From Utricularia gibba (lineage: Eukaryota; Plantae; Magnoliophyta), in NCBI GenBank assembly GCA_002189035.1, contig NEEC01000004.1:1054001-1118000 (forward strand): DNA of 64,000 nucleotides, in the 5' to 3' direction. Numbering within the stretch: the stretch's first letter is position 1; every line of letters begins with the position of its first letter. Below are positions 25,471 through 39,398 of the stretch, one piece after another. The notes beneath the pieces are model-generated. The model worked only from the letters and a program-made list of their open reading frames with translations. It was not told the origin of the DNA and searched no databases. Position numbers and translations under genes: made by a program.

Positions 25471-26492
25471 GTTTCTGAGCTCGGAACCCAAGTAAGGACA
25501 TAAACTCACTTCAACTTCCAACTTATTCTACTCTGAAACTCCAAATGAGGAAAGCAATGCTTTCAACAAAACAAAAAGATAGAGAGTTGAAACCAACTCT
25601 TCAACTTCTCCTCATTCAATAGAGAGAAGACAAGCTGTAAGTCTAGGCCATGTATAACGACAACATTGGTTTAAAAAATGAGCCCCAGAAACATCGATGG
25701 AAACCCAGAGCATCACAAGGTGGGCAACCATTAGAATATCACAAGCAGATATTATCTATCACCTACCTTGAACCCCACAAAGCCAACAACGTGAATAAGA
25801 GCATCTCGTTCTTTCAAAAGAAAACTTTCTTTTCCCTTGAAGAAATCCAGGCGCAACCGGCAGTTGTCTGAACCGCAGCGAAGTGGAATAAATTCTGTTA
25901 ATTTCTGAACAGCTTCGTCTGGTGGGTTGAACAATGCAGCAGCGGCCGGATTCATAATGGCCCCGCCGTGTAATTTACAATAAACCCCTGCAAGCGAGTC
26001 GACTTTCCCGATGGAAGCTATTTGCTGCAGAAAGAGTATCGATGAAATGACACTCAAGCCCACAAAAATCCAGCGTAACGGCGTGATGCCGGGGTTATAG
26101 TTGTCAATTCCTTAATTGTTTTCAGCTTTTTGTGCAGCCTTTTCCATGTAGGACTTGTACTTTTGGGTATTTACACATCAGTCCATTCCCTGATGCATAT
26201 TTCAATCTAAGCCTGATTCCCTAATTCATTCTAATAAAATTTAAAAAATTAGGAATATGCAACTTATTAAAATAATAAATAATTTTAAATAAAATCGTTA
26301 TATTGCTTTAATTCTTTTTTTTTTAATTTTTTGTTGAGAAATTAGTTGTAAAATATGCCCTATGTTGCTGGATCGTGGTCATTTACTTTGTTACCCTTTG
26401 TCTCGTTTCTTTTCATTTATTTATTGGAAATACGCATTTCGTTAACTGCACAATTTTTTTATTTTTATTAATCGATATTTTGGATTTATTTT

Positions 26493-26562
26493 TGGGCCCA
26501 GCACCGGGGAAGTGAGCTATTGTATTTGGGCCTGCACATCAGACAATGAATTGCCGGCCCAT
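26493..26562. promoter_or_regulatory. Site II motifs in the divergent LUG/DRG promoter
   Basis: TGGGCC twice and GGCCCA at the edge of an AT-rich spacer. Confidence 0.5.
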
Positions 26563-26957
26563 ACGTGGGAGTGAAATGCTTCTTGAAAGGGAAACAATGG
26601 GTGCTCTTGAACGCCACGGATTGTGTGGAGAAGCCTACCTGCATCAGACTTGAGCTCCAGATAAGACCCTTTTGGTCAATCAGCTTTTCTGAGGATTCTC
26701 TGATAAGCAATTTGTATGTTTTTATAGTTGGTATTTTCTTTTTGCAGTGTTTTTGCATATGAAATGTCGCTGATATGGGGTGGTTTTTGGTGTTGTTTCA
26801 TTTTTATTGGAATGGGAAATGCGAAATGTGTCTGTGGGTTATTTTAGGTTGGTCTCAAGTTGGGGTGCCTCTCAAAATATCGCTTTTTTTTTTCCGAATG
26901 AGACATGGTTCACAGTGTTGTGTTTACTTTCAGGCAACTGACCACATTTGAAGTAAA

Positions 26958-29636
26958 ATGGGTATCATCGAAAAGATTAGAGAAATAGAAGCGGAGATGG
27001 CGCGTACGCAGAAGAATAAAGCCACAGGTTCCTTCATTGTTAGTGTTGTAGTGCTGATTTTCCTGTTACAATTCGAATCAGATTTTGTGTTGCCCCTGAT
27101 GATGCATATTCTGTTTTTGATTTCGCATCACAGAATATCATTTGGGTCAGCTCAAGGCAAAGATAGCCAAATTAAGGACACAACTGTTGGAACCCCCAAA
27201 AGTACTCTTCTGGTTGATTCATTCGAATTGCACAATCTATCCTTTCCTGGTATTTCATGCCTAATTTTCACTTGTCTTCATGATTGGATCAGGGTTCTAG
27301 TGGAGCTGGTGAGGGATTTGAAGTTACCAAATTTGGTCATGGTCGTGTTGCACTTATAGGTTTTCCAAGGTTGGGCATGCCAGTAACTGAATTTCAACGT
27401 AAATTATTCCACTTCTTGTTTTATTCAGAAAATCCAGGATTAATGATGCGGCATTTGGTGAATGCTTTAATGTCCTTTTGTTTTCTAATGGTCGGTTGAG
27501 TCAGTTCTCATCATTAGTCACTTCATACTATTCTTCTAATAAAAGGAACTCAAACATGCATTTATATTTTAATATTTTGTGGATTTCATTCAGTGTTGGA
27601 AAATCAACACTGTTGACCATGTTGACGGGAACACATTCTGAAGCTGCATCTTATGAGTTTACCACACTCACCTGCATCCCCGGTATTATTAACTATAATG
27701 ATACCAAAATACAGCTTCTTGATCTCCCTGGAATTATTGAAGGTGCATCTGAAGGAAAAGGCCGTGGTAGACAGGTAACATTCAACCTTTCTTTTGTGCT
27801 TATAAACCTTGCTAGTCATTAGCGTGTTCTGTTGACATGATGTCGATGAAAGGCATTCCTTGATTTTTTTTTCTTAATTTTTTATACAGGTCATTGCAGT
27901 TTCCAAATCATCGGATCTTGTCCTAATGGTTCTAGATGCTTCAAAAGTAAGAGCGTGTGATGACTTTCTACCATAGCTGTAGGCACCCCCATTCAATTTC
28001 TGTTGATTCCTCTAGCTCGATTATATTTAAAACTCGGATAACACACTATTGTGAATGGCTGCTTAAACCATTGTGCAAGAAATTCTTCCTGTTTTGACTT
28101 GGATATTTCTTGTTTGCATTCCCTTCTTAAGTTTCCTACACTTTTAATTGGTTCCCTCATGAGAGTTGCATGAGTTTCCAAGCAGGTGAAATTAATCATC
28201 AGTTGTTGTGTATTATCACCAGGGTTGTAGCTGTTCTACTATATTTCATGTTTCAGAATAATTTTTTACGGAACCTTTTATTAAATCCACAGAGTGAAGG
28301 TCATCGGCAAATTCTAACACGTGAACTAGAGGCAGTTGGTCTCCGCTTGAACAAAAGACCTCCTCAGGTGTTGTTCTCTAGAAAATACCTAAAACAGTCT
28401 TCCTTTGGTGTATGGAGTCGTTCTCTCATTCTTGTTTGACTTGATGCCAGATATACTTCAAGAAGAAAAAAACTGGGGGAATTTCTTTCAATAGTACTCT
28501 TGCATTGACTCATGTAAATGAGAAGCTTTGCTATCAGATACTGCACGAGTACAAGATTCACAATGCTGAGGTGCAGCATTCCCCTACATGTTCATTTCAA
28601 TATCGTTGACCCAGAATGTTTGTGTTGTATTTGCATACTTCGTATACGAGTCCTGATCTTATTTTTTAGATGTCCAAGTATTGCCATGGATATGGCTGGA
28701 TCCTACGGGCATGATTAATTTTTATCAAATCCTTAAATTCCTTCATGTAAATGAACATCCACCTGTGCTTGTTTGTAGGTTTTGTTTCGTGAAGATGCAA
28801 CTGTGGACGATCTCATTGATGTCATCGAGGGCAACCGCAAGTACATGAAGTGTGTATATGTTTACAATAAAATTGATGTTATTGGGATTGATGATGTAGA
28901 CAGATTAGCACGGCAGCCTAATTCTATTGTCATCAGTTGTAACCTGAAGGCATGATCCTGATTCTCCATCTTATGCACCATTTACTTGTTAAGTTTCTCA
29001 CCATCAGTATTCTTGCTTTTCAACAGCTGAATCTTGACAGACTACTTGACAAGATGTGGGAAGACATGGGGTTGGTCAGGATTTACACAAAACCTCAGGG
29101 CCAGCAGCCTGACTTCACAGAGCCTGTAGTACTCTCTGCGGTATACATTTACCTACTATAAGTTAAGCCTGCATTTTGCTTGTCTGGGGTGCATCTATCC
29201 GTCTTCCTTGCTCCTTTTTCTGAATGACTATTTCGATGATGCATCCGACTGGTCCATCAACATTGCACTACACATCCCTCAGGGTAGAGGTGGATGCACG
29301 GTGGAAGATTTTTGCAACCACATTCATCGTAGCCTGGTGAAAGATGTGAAGTATGTTCTGGTATGGGGAATTAGCTCTCGGCACTACCCACAACATTGCG
29401 GCCTCAGCCACGTACTTCAGGATGAGGACGTTGTGCAGATAGTCAAGAAAAAGGTACTTCTACCATACAGACGGTGGCAGCACGGTCTCTCTTCATGTGA
29501 GTTGTGAGAACTTACCACCGTGTCGGAAATTTCGCAGGAGAAGGAGGACGGAGGAGGGAGAGGGCGCTTCAAGTCACATTCGAACGCTCCGGCGCGCATC
29601 TCCGACAGGGAAAAGAAGGCTCCTTTGAAGACTTGA
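26958..29636 (+). CDS. DRG: Developmentally regulated GTP-binding protein (OBG family; Arabidopsis DRG1/DRG2 type)
   Basis: [34 protein letters not shown]-loop [33 protein letters not shown] region, end [13 protein letters not shown]. One GC-AG intron (28950-29026). Confidence 0.97.
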
Positions 29637-29922
29637 GAACAAGCAAAAGGCTTGAAGGATCTAAGATTACTGTAATGTGCATGCGGTGTCTTCCTTTTGA
29701 GGAAATGGATAAAAAATTTTAATAGAAATATATTTTAATAAGAAAGTGTTTTGAAAATTATATTTATTTTAATAAATTGAATGATGTTTTTTGAGATATT
29801 TATTTTGTGTAGAAATGATTATATAATAGGAAAAAAAATTCATATCCATCTATAATGTAATTCCGAAGTCTTCCACCGGTTTCAGTGCAATAACGGCTGT
29901 TGGAGCAATTTTTGGCGGAGAC

Positions 29923-32900
29923 ATGGCGGCCCGCGGCCTGCTGAAGTCTTTCAGCGCCAACGCCGAAGCGAATGTTTTGCCAAAAGCGGCGGGAATGGCA
30001 GCCCCCACGTTGGTTTCATTGTGGGGAAAGTTCTCTTGTGCGAGGCGTATTCGCTTCATTTGCAGCTACTCACAGCCTGCAGAAGTGGATATGTCCTTTT
30101 ACAGAGAGAAGTTTGCTCAAAGAATGGCGATGGCTGGAATCAAACCCCACGACCGCGTTGGTAATCAAATGTTTTTGCATCTTCTTCTGAAAGTTTGCGC
30201 TTGGCCTTCCTGTACGACTCAAATGATACTTGTATGTTATGGGCTATGGCTGTACTTAAACTGGCGGTAGAAAGTTTTAAGTTTTATCCTTGAATCCTTC
30301 TTCTGTAGTGACTTCTTTATTTGCATTATCACTGAAGTATTGATTGCTGCCAATTTATCTTTCGTATTTTTTTGTTGCATTATTTAAAAAAAAATATAAT
30401 TCTTGCAGCTTCATGTTAGATGGTATTGGTTCATACGATCCTCTTTTCTCAGCGATAGGCGTTTCTGGTGGCCCAGATAGTGTTGCTCTCTGTTTGTTAA
30501 CTGCTGGGTGGAAATCTAGTAACTTTTTCAATTCAAGTAGTGCAAGAAGCAATTTCGTTGAAGGCACCTTGGCTATAGTTGTGGATCATGGATTGCGAAA
30601 AGAGAGTGCTGAAGAAGCATTCCTTGTTTCTGATCGAATCATGGATATGGGTAATTTCCCTGTTTTATTTAGTAATGTGAATATGTGAATGATCTTGTAA
30701 TGTTTGAATATTTTTTAGGTATTAAGTGTGAAGTTGCCCGGTGTGAGTGGTCAGAAGGTAGGCCCAAGGTTGGTCGCTTGCAGGAAGCTGCTCGCAACAA
30801 GAGGTGCGTGTATCTGTATTTGCAGTTCTTCCCATTCCATCCATTTCAACAAAACAACCCATAAAATGATGCGCACATACTCTGCTTTTACATATTGAGT
30901 TTGCTGCCTATTTATATTCTTTTAAAACCAGGTATGAGATTTTGCAAAAAACATGTTTACGGGAGAATATTGGTATATTGCTGATTGCTCATCATGCAGA
31001 CGATCAGGTTCAAGAATCTCAAAACTTGTTTTTATGTTTCTCTAGCATGCAGATGGCTGTTCCTCGTGTACTAGATGTATGATCTGAATCATCTGGAACT
31101 AGGAAAAAATGGTTTATATGTTCTTCAATGATAGCAATCAAGCGTTTGAAAAGTTGCGTTTAAAATTTTTTACACCCTCGTACCATCAGTAGCTGATATT
31201 GGATTGAACATATGAAGATTTGTATTTGGATAGGAGTCGGGCTTGGCTGAATTGTAGGCACAATGCAGGCTGAGCTGTTTATTCTCAGATTATCTAGAAA
31301 TAGTGGCATTCTCGGGCTTGCTGGGATGGCCTTTATTGCTGAAATATTCCCCAAATATCCTGACTTAAATGGAAAGGAATCAAAAATTCATGGCGTTTTT
31401 TTGGTGAGACCTCTTCTAGAGTTTTCAAAAGAAGATCTGTACAATGTATGTAAATGGTAATCTTAGTTTTATATCCACGTAGTACCTTTCTTCTGTTGCT
31501 GAAAACCTGTTGTTATTATTTCAGATTTGCCGAGTAGGAGGTCAAGAATGGGTGGAGGATCCAACAAACCATAGTCCTTTATTTACTCGCAATCGGATAA
31601 GATTTTCTTTGAGCAAGGTTTCCTCTTGTAAGTTAGTTCATTTGGCAGTAAAGATTGCTGAAGGACTTTATGTACGAATGTGATTATGTGAATGATTCAT
31701 TGAACCCTGTTGTGCCTTTTCGGCTCTAGCTGTCATGGCAGAATTGAGAGAACTGATATTAGTGTGCCGTCAAGCACGGATGCATGTTGAAAAACTTTGT
31801 CACATGTTGCTGCATCAAACTGTGACCATCATGCCGGTATGCTCTCTCAATGCAGTTCGTGTACTTTATGCTGACAGCCTCTTTTCATTCATCTAGAAGT
31901 TGATGAGAGCATTTTCATCTAGTGTTGACTGAAGAAGATTACTTGAAACTAGAGCACAAGGAATGCACTGTACTGCTTTTTCTTTTTGATGACATGCTAA
32001 CGTCTTCACTTGCCCCAATTGGAATGCAGCATGGGTATGCGGTTGTGGATGTTGAACAACTTCTATCGATGGAAATCGCAGACATATACCTTGCTAGGTT
32101 TATTTCTATGTTGGTGCAGGTACAAATGTTTATTTTCATGCAGTAATGCTCTTTGATGAATACATTGCTGCCCCTTGATCTTTTTTGTGGTGCATCGTCG
32201 AATGAAGCAGTTCGTCTCACAGAAGCATAGACCAGTTCGAGGGAAAGCCTTGAAATTACTCCTCAGCTACTTTCGCACTCATCCTTGCAAGGTTGATATG
32301 CCTTTAATTTTGGCTTGACTCGTGATCTGTCTTCTTTTTTTTTTTTTTTTGTTTAGCTCCTCAGTTACTTTTTGTATGATTTGATCCAGACTTGTCTCAC
32401 GGCAGCCGGATGTTACCTGAGCCCAGCTCCAGAATCAAAAGGAACTAAAGTCCTCATATCCTGCTCAGTGGATACGCCTTTGCCTGCACCTCTGAAGCTG
32501 TTCAGTCCTGACTCATGCAGGAGGCCACTGGACTTCATTGAATTAGATCATATTGCTTCAGAAAGCAAAGCTCATTTCGATAGACATTCGACAACTGCTT
32601 CAAGGGTTCCATTTTTAGATACAGCATTCTCAGCTTCAGTTTTAGAAGAGTTCAGGATGCTTGGTGCTGTTAGTCCATCAACATATCAGACCATTGTTTC
32701 ATTGACAAGGGAAGAGAGTGAGCATTTCAAGTCCAAAGCTGAAAGTGTGTATGATGATGCATCCAAAGTTGCCATGGAGTCTTCTGGTTCAACTCCAGAT
32801 GGATTGCTTCATCCTGGTCAAGTTGGGTACTTCATGAACAGATTTGTGTTGCACTGGATGCCAAGGAACACCATATCGTCTGACCCCGGCGACTCTGTCT

Positions 32901-33395
32901 CGAGCAACTCTCCAGGTACATGGAACCATGGCTGCATGAAATCATGCACAGCTGATCACCATATGGCTGTCAAGGTGCGACACATGATAGATGCAGATTG
33001 GATGTGCGTTTTCGACTTGGCCAGGGAGGATCCACAGCATCCCAAATCGAAGCCCATTCTCCCTGAAAGAACAGACCGAGCTTCTGCAGAGACAAACAAG
33101 TTTGCTGTCCTATCTGCAAAAAGAGCTCTCCCTTCACTGAAATCCATCCCAGCTGCAGCAAGACGAGCCATGCCTGTTGTAGTGGACACAGAAGGCCGTC
33201 TGCTGAGCATACCGGTGCACTCTCGACTTCACCCCTTCCATCTTTTTTCGATCTTCATTCGATTTTTCGGAAAAAACTCACAAGGATTCCTTCATCTTTC
33301 AGGGCGTTGGGTTTTCATGGTGCCCTTGCTTGATGATCACAGCGGTGTTCAAGCCGAGAGTGCCACTTGGTGGAGGGCACACCTCCTTCTTGTAG
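29923..33395 (+). CDS. RSY3: tRNA(Ile)-lysidine synthase TilS, RASPBERRY3-like; organellar
   Basis: PP-loop GVSGGPDSVAL, VDHGLR, LQEAARNKRY, AHHADDQAELFILRLSRNSG, LVRPLLEFSK, WVEDPTN, end FKPRVPLGGGHTSFL*. Confidence 0.92.
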
Positions 33396-33764
33396 AGAAT
33401 CGCCGGTGATGAGTTTTTAGTTCTGATCAGTTTTGTAATAAATATATTTTAAGCATTATAAACCCTGATTTTCCTAAATATATAGAAATTATTTGATAGA
33501 ATATATATATTTATATTTATATTTATTTAAAATAATAGTATTCTTAATACATACAGAGTGAGAAAAATGAAATTTTATTTTATTAAACAATTTACATTGA
33601 AGAATAACCTTTAGATATATATTTTATTAAGAATTGTGTAAAATTATTCTAATGATTTTTTATTAATAACTTTAATAGAGTAAGTATATTTAAATACATA
33701 TTTTATGATGAAAAATGAATAATGAATTCGGGATCTGTGGAGCTACTTTTCCCCCAATTGATTA

Positions 33765-33772
33765 AAACCCTA
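33765..33772 (+). promoter_or_regulatory. Telo-box (AAACCCTA) upstream of the PP2C gene
   Basis: Exact AAACCCTA about 160 bp upstream of the ATG. Confidence 0.5.
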
Positions 33773-33927
33773 GTCACCCAAATTGAGTGCCAACTCGGTA
33801 GTTTTTTATTTCTGGTTTCTACAATTGGGATCGGGATTGCGTCTCTCATCGTTGTTTGATTGGGAACTTTTCTGGGTTCTCTGCAAGTTGTGTTTTTTAG
33901 GCGGAGGAGTGATGTTGGAGATTCGAA

Positions 33928-35782
33928 ATGGAAGACAGTAGAGTTGGAGTTAAAAATGTGGATAGTAGCAGGGACGGTTGTAGCACCGGCAATGGCAGGC
34001 CACCAATTCCCAATTCCTTCACCGGCCGGGAAAGATGTCGACAGCGCTTGGATACTACTGGAACTCTTAGCCTGTGTTCTAAGTCCCTTGTTCGGTGTCA
34101 GTCTATAGAATTTCCAGTTAAGCTTCGGTTCTTTTTCCCTTTTTCCTCGTTCATGTGGGACTGGTGCAATTTTCTAGATTGCTTCTTATTGATTAAGTGG
34201 GTTTCAAACGTTTTCTTTGTATTACTTTATGGTGTCCAACGCCTGATTTTACAGCAGTTTTCGTGGAAAAATTTGTTTTGGTTATTGGGTTTTGATGAGC
34301 GTGGGATTGTAACCGACATATGACGATTTTTTGAGACAAGTGGAAAATCCATGATCCTTTGGCATTTGGGATTTTTTATCCAACATCTTGCAACATTTTT
34401 TTTTTGTTTACAAGATTAGTGCATTAGCAGGTGGAGATTATGCCCTTGGATACTTCAAAAGACAAGAGATTCACTGGATATGGCAATGATGCGGTGGAAT
34501 ATCCGCTGCTTCGTTCAGGTGCTTGGGCAGATATTGGCTCACGCTCAAGCATGGAGGATGTGTATGTCTGTGCTGACGACTTGATGCTTATATACGGAAG
34601 AAATAATTCCACTGGAAGGCCAAGTGCCTTTTATGGGGTAACTTATCTCCTAAAACAAAATGCTTTTATACTCTTATTAGTTCGTCATATAAAGTGCCTT
34701 CAAATTCTTTCTGCAAGAAAATGGTATTGTAATTGGGAGATGTTTCGAGTTGGGGTTTTTGTGATATTATTTGCTCTTGACTTGTTTTTTTAATCTTTTT
34801 TTCAGGTTTTTGATGGACATGGAGGAAAGCATGCAGCAGATTTTGTCTGTGACCATCTTCCGAGATTCATTGTGGAAGATGAAGATTTCCCTGAGGAGAT
34901 TGAGAGAGCACTCTCATCAGCATTCTTACAAACGGATGCTGCTTTTGCTGAAGCCTGCTCCTTGAATGCAGATCTTGCTTCTGGCACCACTGCTTTGGCA
35001 GCTCTTGTTATTGGGAGGTGGGTATTCGAGTTCAATATGATTCATCAGTTTTTTTTTTCACCATATTAAATTTTGCAAATCCATGCCAGCATCTTAAGTA
35101 GGATATTTATGGGCTTCGTTTTTTTTCTGGAAGTCCCTCATTATTCAAATTCTTGATATGCTCACTATTATCCCGACTATATTCAAAAGCAATGATGTTG
35201 CTAATATTGCAGTTCTTTGGTGGTTGCAAATGCTGGGGACTGCCGAGCTGTGCTCTCTCGTCGAGGTATAGCAGTTGAAATGTCAAGAGATCATAAGCCC
35301 ATCTGCTTGGAGGAAAAACGGCGTATAGAGGCCTCTGGGGGTTATGTGTGTGATGGTTATCTTAATGGGCAGCTCAATGTTGCTCGCGCTCTCGGAGACT
35401 GGCATATGGAAGGACTGAAAGGGGGCAATGATGGTGGTCCTCTAACTGCAGAGCCTGAGTTGATGAGCACAGAGCTGACTAGGGAAGATGAGTTTCTCCT
35501 CATCGGTTGTGATGGCTTCTGGGAAGTGTTCATGAGTCAAAACGCTGTTGACTTTGCTCGCAGAAGGCTTCAAGTGCACAATGATCCAACAAGGTGCAGC
35601 AGGGAACTTGTAGACGAGGCTCTGAAACGGCGGAGTGTAGATAACTTATCAGTTATAGTTGTCTGCTTCCATCCAGAACCACCTCCCAAGTTGATAACGC
35701 TCCCTCGGCCCGAGTACATCGCAGCATATCTGCTGAAGGCCTCAAGGAGCTGCAGAGTTTTTTGAATAATCTGGAGGTCTGA
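33928..35782 (+). CDS. DBP1: DNA-binding protein phosphatase 2C, DBP1 (At2g25620)-like; one apparent 1-bp deletion near the 3' end
   Basis: N-terminus MEDSR...GRPPIP...[68 protein letters not shown]. +1 C at 35709-35711 restores [26 protein letters not shown]. Confidence 0.92.
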
Positions 35783-36145
35783 GATCCTGATGACTTGGAT
35801 TGTTTCCCCTTTGTGCTCACAGTTTTCCCTCTTCATTTTTTCCCATCAATTCATATTGTTGAGAGGATGCATAATCCTACAGATACATCAACCGGCATTC
35901 CGTTCTTCTCAGGCCAAATTGGCTTTCGACATTTGAAGTTGCAGTAGGAACCTAAATGTAGTGCCTTATTTTTCTAGTTTGTGGTCATAATGAAACTTCT
36001 GTTGTGACACTGTTTAGTGCATCATCTTCATTTTATACCTGCAAAAACGCATCTACCGATGGAATGGTGTTTGAATCGAGAAACGAGAGCTTGAAAATAT
36101 GCTTTTTGTATTGTTTGTGCTCTCAAAAGTAACTGATACACACGC

Positions 36146-37402
36146 CTAACAAGAGCTGTCCTTTGTTTTCCCTTTTAGAAAGGATGCGCTTCTGATCAGC
36201 TGACTGAATGGCTTGCCAGTTTCTCTGATTAGATTGTACACAACAGCTCCGGCGACGGTCCCGATGATCGGAGCAAATATGTAAACCCACAGAGCACGGA
36301 ACTCATGCCTCACGATGGCTGGCCCGATGCTTCTCGCAGGATTCATCGAGGCTCCGGAGATGGGACTGCATCAACATAACAAGGCAAAATGACTTCAGGA
36401 AAACGGATACTAACATGAAACCGTCTCAACATTTACTTCACTTACCCGGCGACCAAGACGTTCAGCATGATGGTCATTCCGACGGCGATTCCAGAGAAAT
36501 CTCCGTTCTGGGCAGTAAAAGGAAAGTGATGATGATGTGGGTCATAGTAGTTCATTATCACAATAGCGCGTGTTTGATACTAACCGCCCGGGAATCGGTG
36601 CCGGCGCCGGAGATGACGAACATCAAGAGGAACGAGATGATGACTTCGGCAGCAAAAGATTGGCCATTTGATCCGGTGGGAAGAGTCCCGAAGTAGGCTT
36701 CCTTGGTTACCCTGAACATCAAAGCTAGCGTGCAGCTCGCCAGAATCGAGCCCATCAACTGAGCTATCACATACATCGGAACCTACAGTGACATTATCAA
36801 GTAATCAACCCAAGACAACACAAAAAGAATCGCATACTCAAAAGAAAAGCATGATCAATCAGTCAATATGTGCATGATCCAAGAGATTCGTACCACCACA
36901 TACTCAGATACACAGACAGAGACTCTAGTTTTCCATTGTGGGATATCTGTTTCGCTTTATTAGTTCTCAAAAACTGACCTCTTTCCATGGAATCCGACCG
37001 AGGATTGCATTGGTGAGGGTGACGGCGGGGTTGAAGTGGGCGCCGGAGACATGGCCGAGGGTATAGATCATGACCATAACTATGAGTCCCCAAGTGATGC
37101 ATATTCCAGGAAACGTCACTTGCCCATCGTACAGTCTGTTCACCACCACCGAACCACATCCAGCGAAGATCACAAAGTAGGTTCCCACCAACTCCGCAAC
37201 CACCTACAAGAACACACAGACAGACGCATTCGTTCCATTCATTCACCGAAACAAACAAAAAAAAGAAAAAAGCAAAGCGCCATGTCACCTTTTGCATGAT
37301 GGTGACGAGCGCAGAGGAATGATCATCTTTTACGGGTGGGAAGCCTGCCTCCATTCCCGAGCTCTCCTCGTCTTCACGATCCATGCCTGTTTTAATCGCC
37401 AT
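36146..37402 (-). CDS. NOD26-like intrinsic protein (aquaporin), NIP subgroup I, NIP4-like; 5 exons
   Basis: AELVGTYFVIFAGC, HVSGAHFNPAVT, ISGASMNPARSIGPA. The ar/R filter reads W-V-A-R. Confidence 0.93.
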
Positions 37403-39398
37403 TTGTTTCTATTCTCTCAGAGTAGAGTGATTTTTCGGTAGAAAAGTGTGGGATTGAGGAGAGTGAACGAGCGCTGGCTACTCAGATCATATCCGCATTC
37501 ATAGGATTTGAATGATTCCAAGCCCAGTTTCAGGAACAAACCAGATGCTATAGATTATTACCAAGAATCAGTATTTCTTATAATAAAACTTTTTTAAAAC
37601 GAAATATACAATTAGTATCTTCGAAAAATAAAAACTATATATACAATTACAATATTATCCCTAAACACCCTACTCTTCATTGATTTCTCTTTACATCAAT
37701 CCAATATTTAATTGATTATTTGATAGTATAATATAAAAGATATGTATCTAAATTTACACATAAAATATTGTTTGAGCATATATATATGGTATACACAAAT
37801 GGAGAGGGAGTGAGGTAAATTAATTATATATATATATCATTTATAATTCATATTTATATTTTAAGATATCGAACATTATATACAAATGAATATATAAATA
37901 TTTAATTATATAATACTTAAACATATTATCCAATTATACACACATCAGAACTTTTTTTTTCACTTATTTAAATCATGTTTTCATTTTTTGTAGAATCTTT
38001 AACCAATCAATATTTTTAATTCTTTTGGAAATCGTTAATTTTTCAGATCTTTACTCAGTTTTCTTAGTTTTTAAAAAAATTAAAACAAGTATTTTTTATG
38101 AATACAATATTTTATTATTTATATTTTTTTTTGTATGTATTAATAGAATTTTGATCACTATTACATTTAGAAAACCATCCATTATTCTTTAGTTTTTAAT
38201 GAATTGTGTATAAAAATGAATTGCATAGAAATATTTACAATTGATCAATTTGATTTTCTTTTTGTTATTTTCTTGTAAAATTACCACTAAAAATCGCTAG
38301 CTCCCCACCCCACTGGTTGAAACTTCAGAAGCAAGGCTGAGGAACACACGTGATTCATGGGGCTGTGTTGCATGGAAGTGCATCTCCCTTGTCTCTTTAA
38401 GCCTTTGTCTGATTTTACTGGACTTCATCTTTACCACTCTCCAAGAAGGGAACAAACTCCTGCGTCACAACACACAAGAAGCCACTGCAACTCCTTGAAT
38501 CCCTTAGAACACAGAAGAGGAGGAGCGACGGGGAGGGGGGTTCCCGTCGCCGGCGATCATCATGTGTAACTCCAACATGGTCTAAGACTCCGATCCCGAT
38601 GATAAACGCCACTGGTTTGATGTGTGTTTGTCCAATTAAAAAAGCAAGACAACCCAAAAGCCGGCTGAAAAGAAAAGATGGTCCATTTGGTTGGGCTCGA
38701 GGGCTCCTCCTTCCATCTTTATCGAAATCTATTCAAACTCTCTCTTTCTCCTTTTAATAATCAAAATTTCTTCCTGCTTAAGGAACACATGGCAACTGTA
38801 AAACTCCTTATTGGCAGCTAATTACGCTACTGCAATGAAAAATATGGCGTTTTGGGGACGAACAGACACCTGTACCATCTGTAAACCTGCTCCGGGGTCG
38901 ACTCCCTCCACTCATCCAACACAGGGAACAAGAAGAGTGCTTCATGGTAAACAAGGCACATTGTACTGTTGAATTGAGCCTCGTTTCTCCCACATTCCAT
39001 TCCATTATCACTGTGTCAGTAGGTAAGGTGTGTGGATTTTCTTTTTCTTTTTTGTTTTAAAAGGATTCGTTGGTGGTCTGTGCGATTCACTACCACCGTT
39101 GGCTTTACTTCTTTTTTTCTTTCTTCTTTTTTCTTTTCCTTTTCCGCCTGTTCATTCTTTTTACGTTAAATCAACATATCTGATATGTACCTTCGGTATC
39201 TCATTGCATGATTGTATGAGAAACCATTCAAAATCTGCGTGCATGGGGCGAAAACCCTGCCCAAAGCAACAAATAAAGTTTTTATTATTTGGAATGTTGG
39301 CCTCGGGACGTGTGTCTGTGGCCATTTGATTCTTTGGCGTCATCTTCGAGTATATAACTAACTGTAATGGAAGAAGAAGAAGAAGAAGATAAGAGAGT

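Noticed and set aside
38919-38947. ACAGGGAACAAG resembling the miR408-5p arm
   Set aside because: No miR408-3p (ATGCACTGCCTCTTCCCTGGC) or complementary arm nearby.
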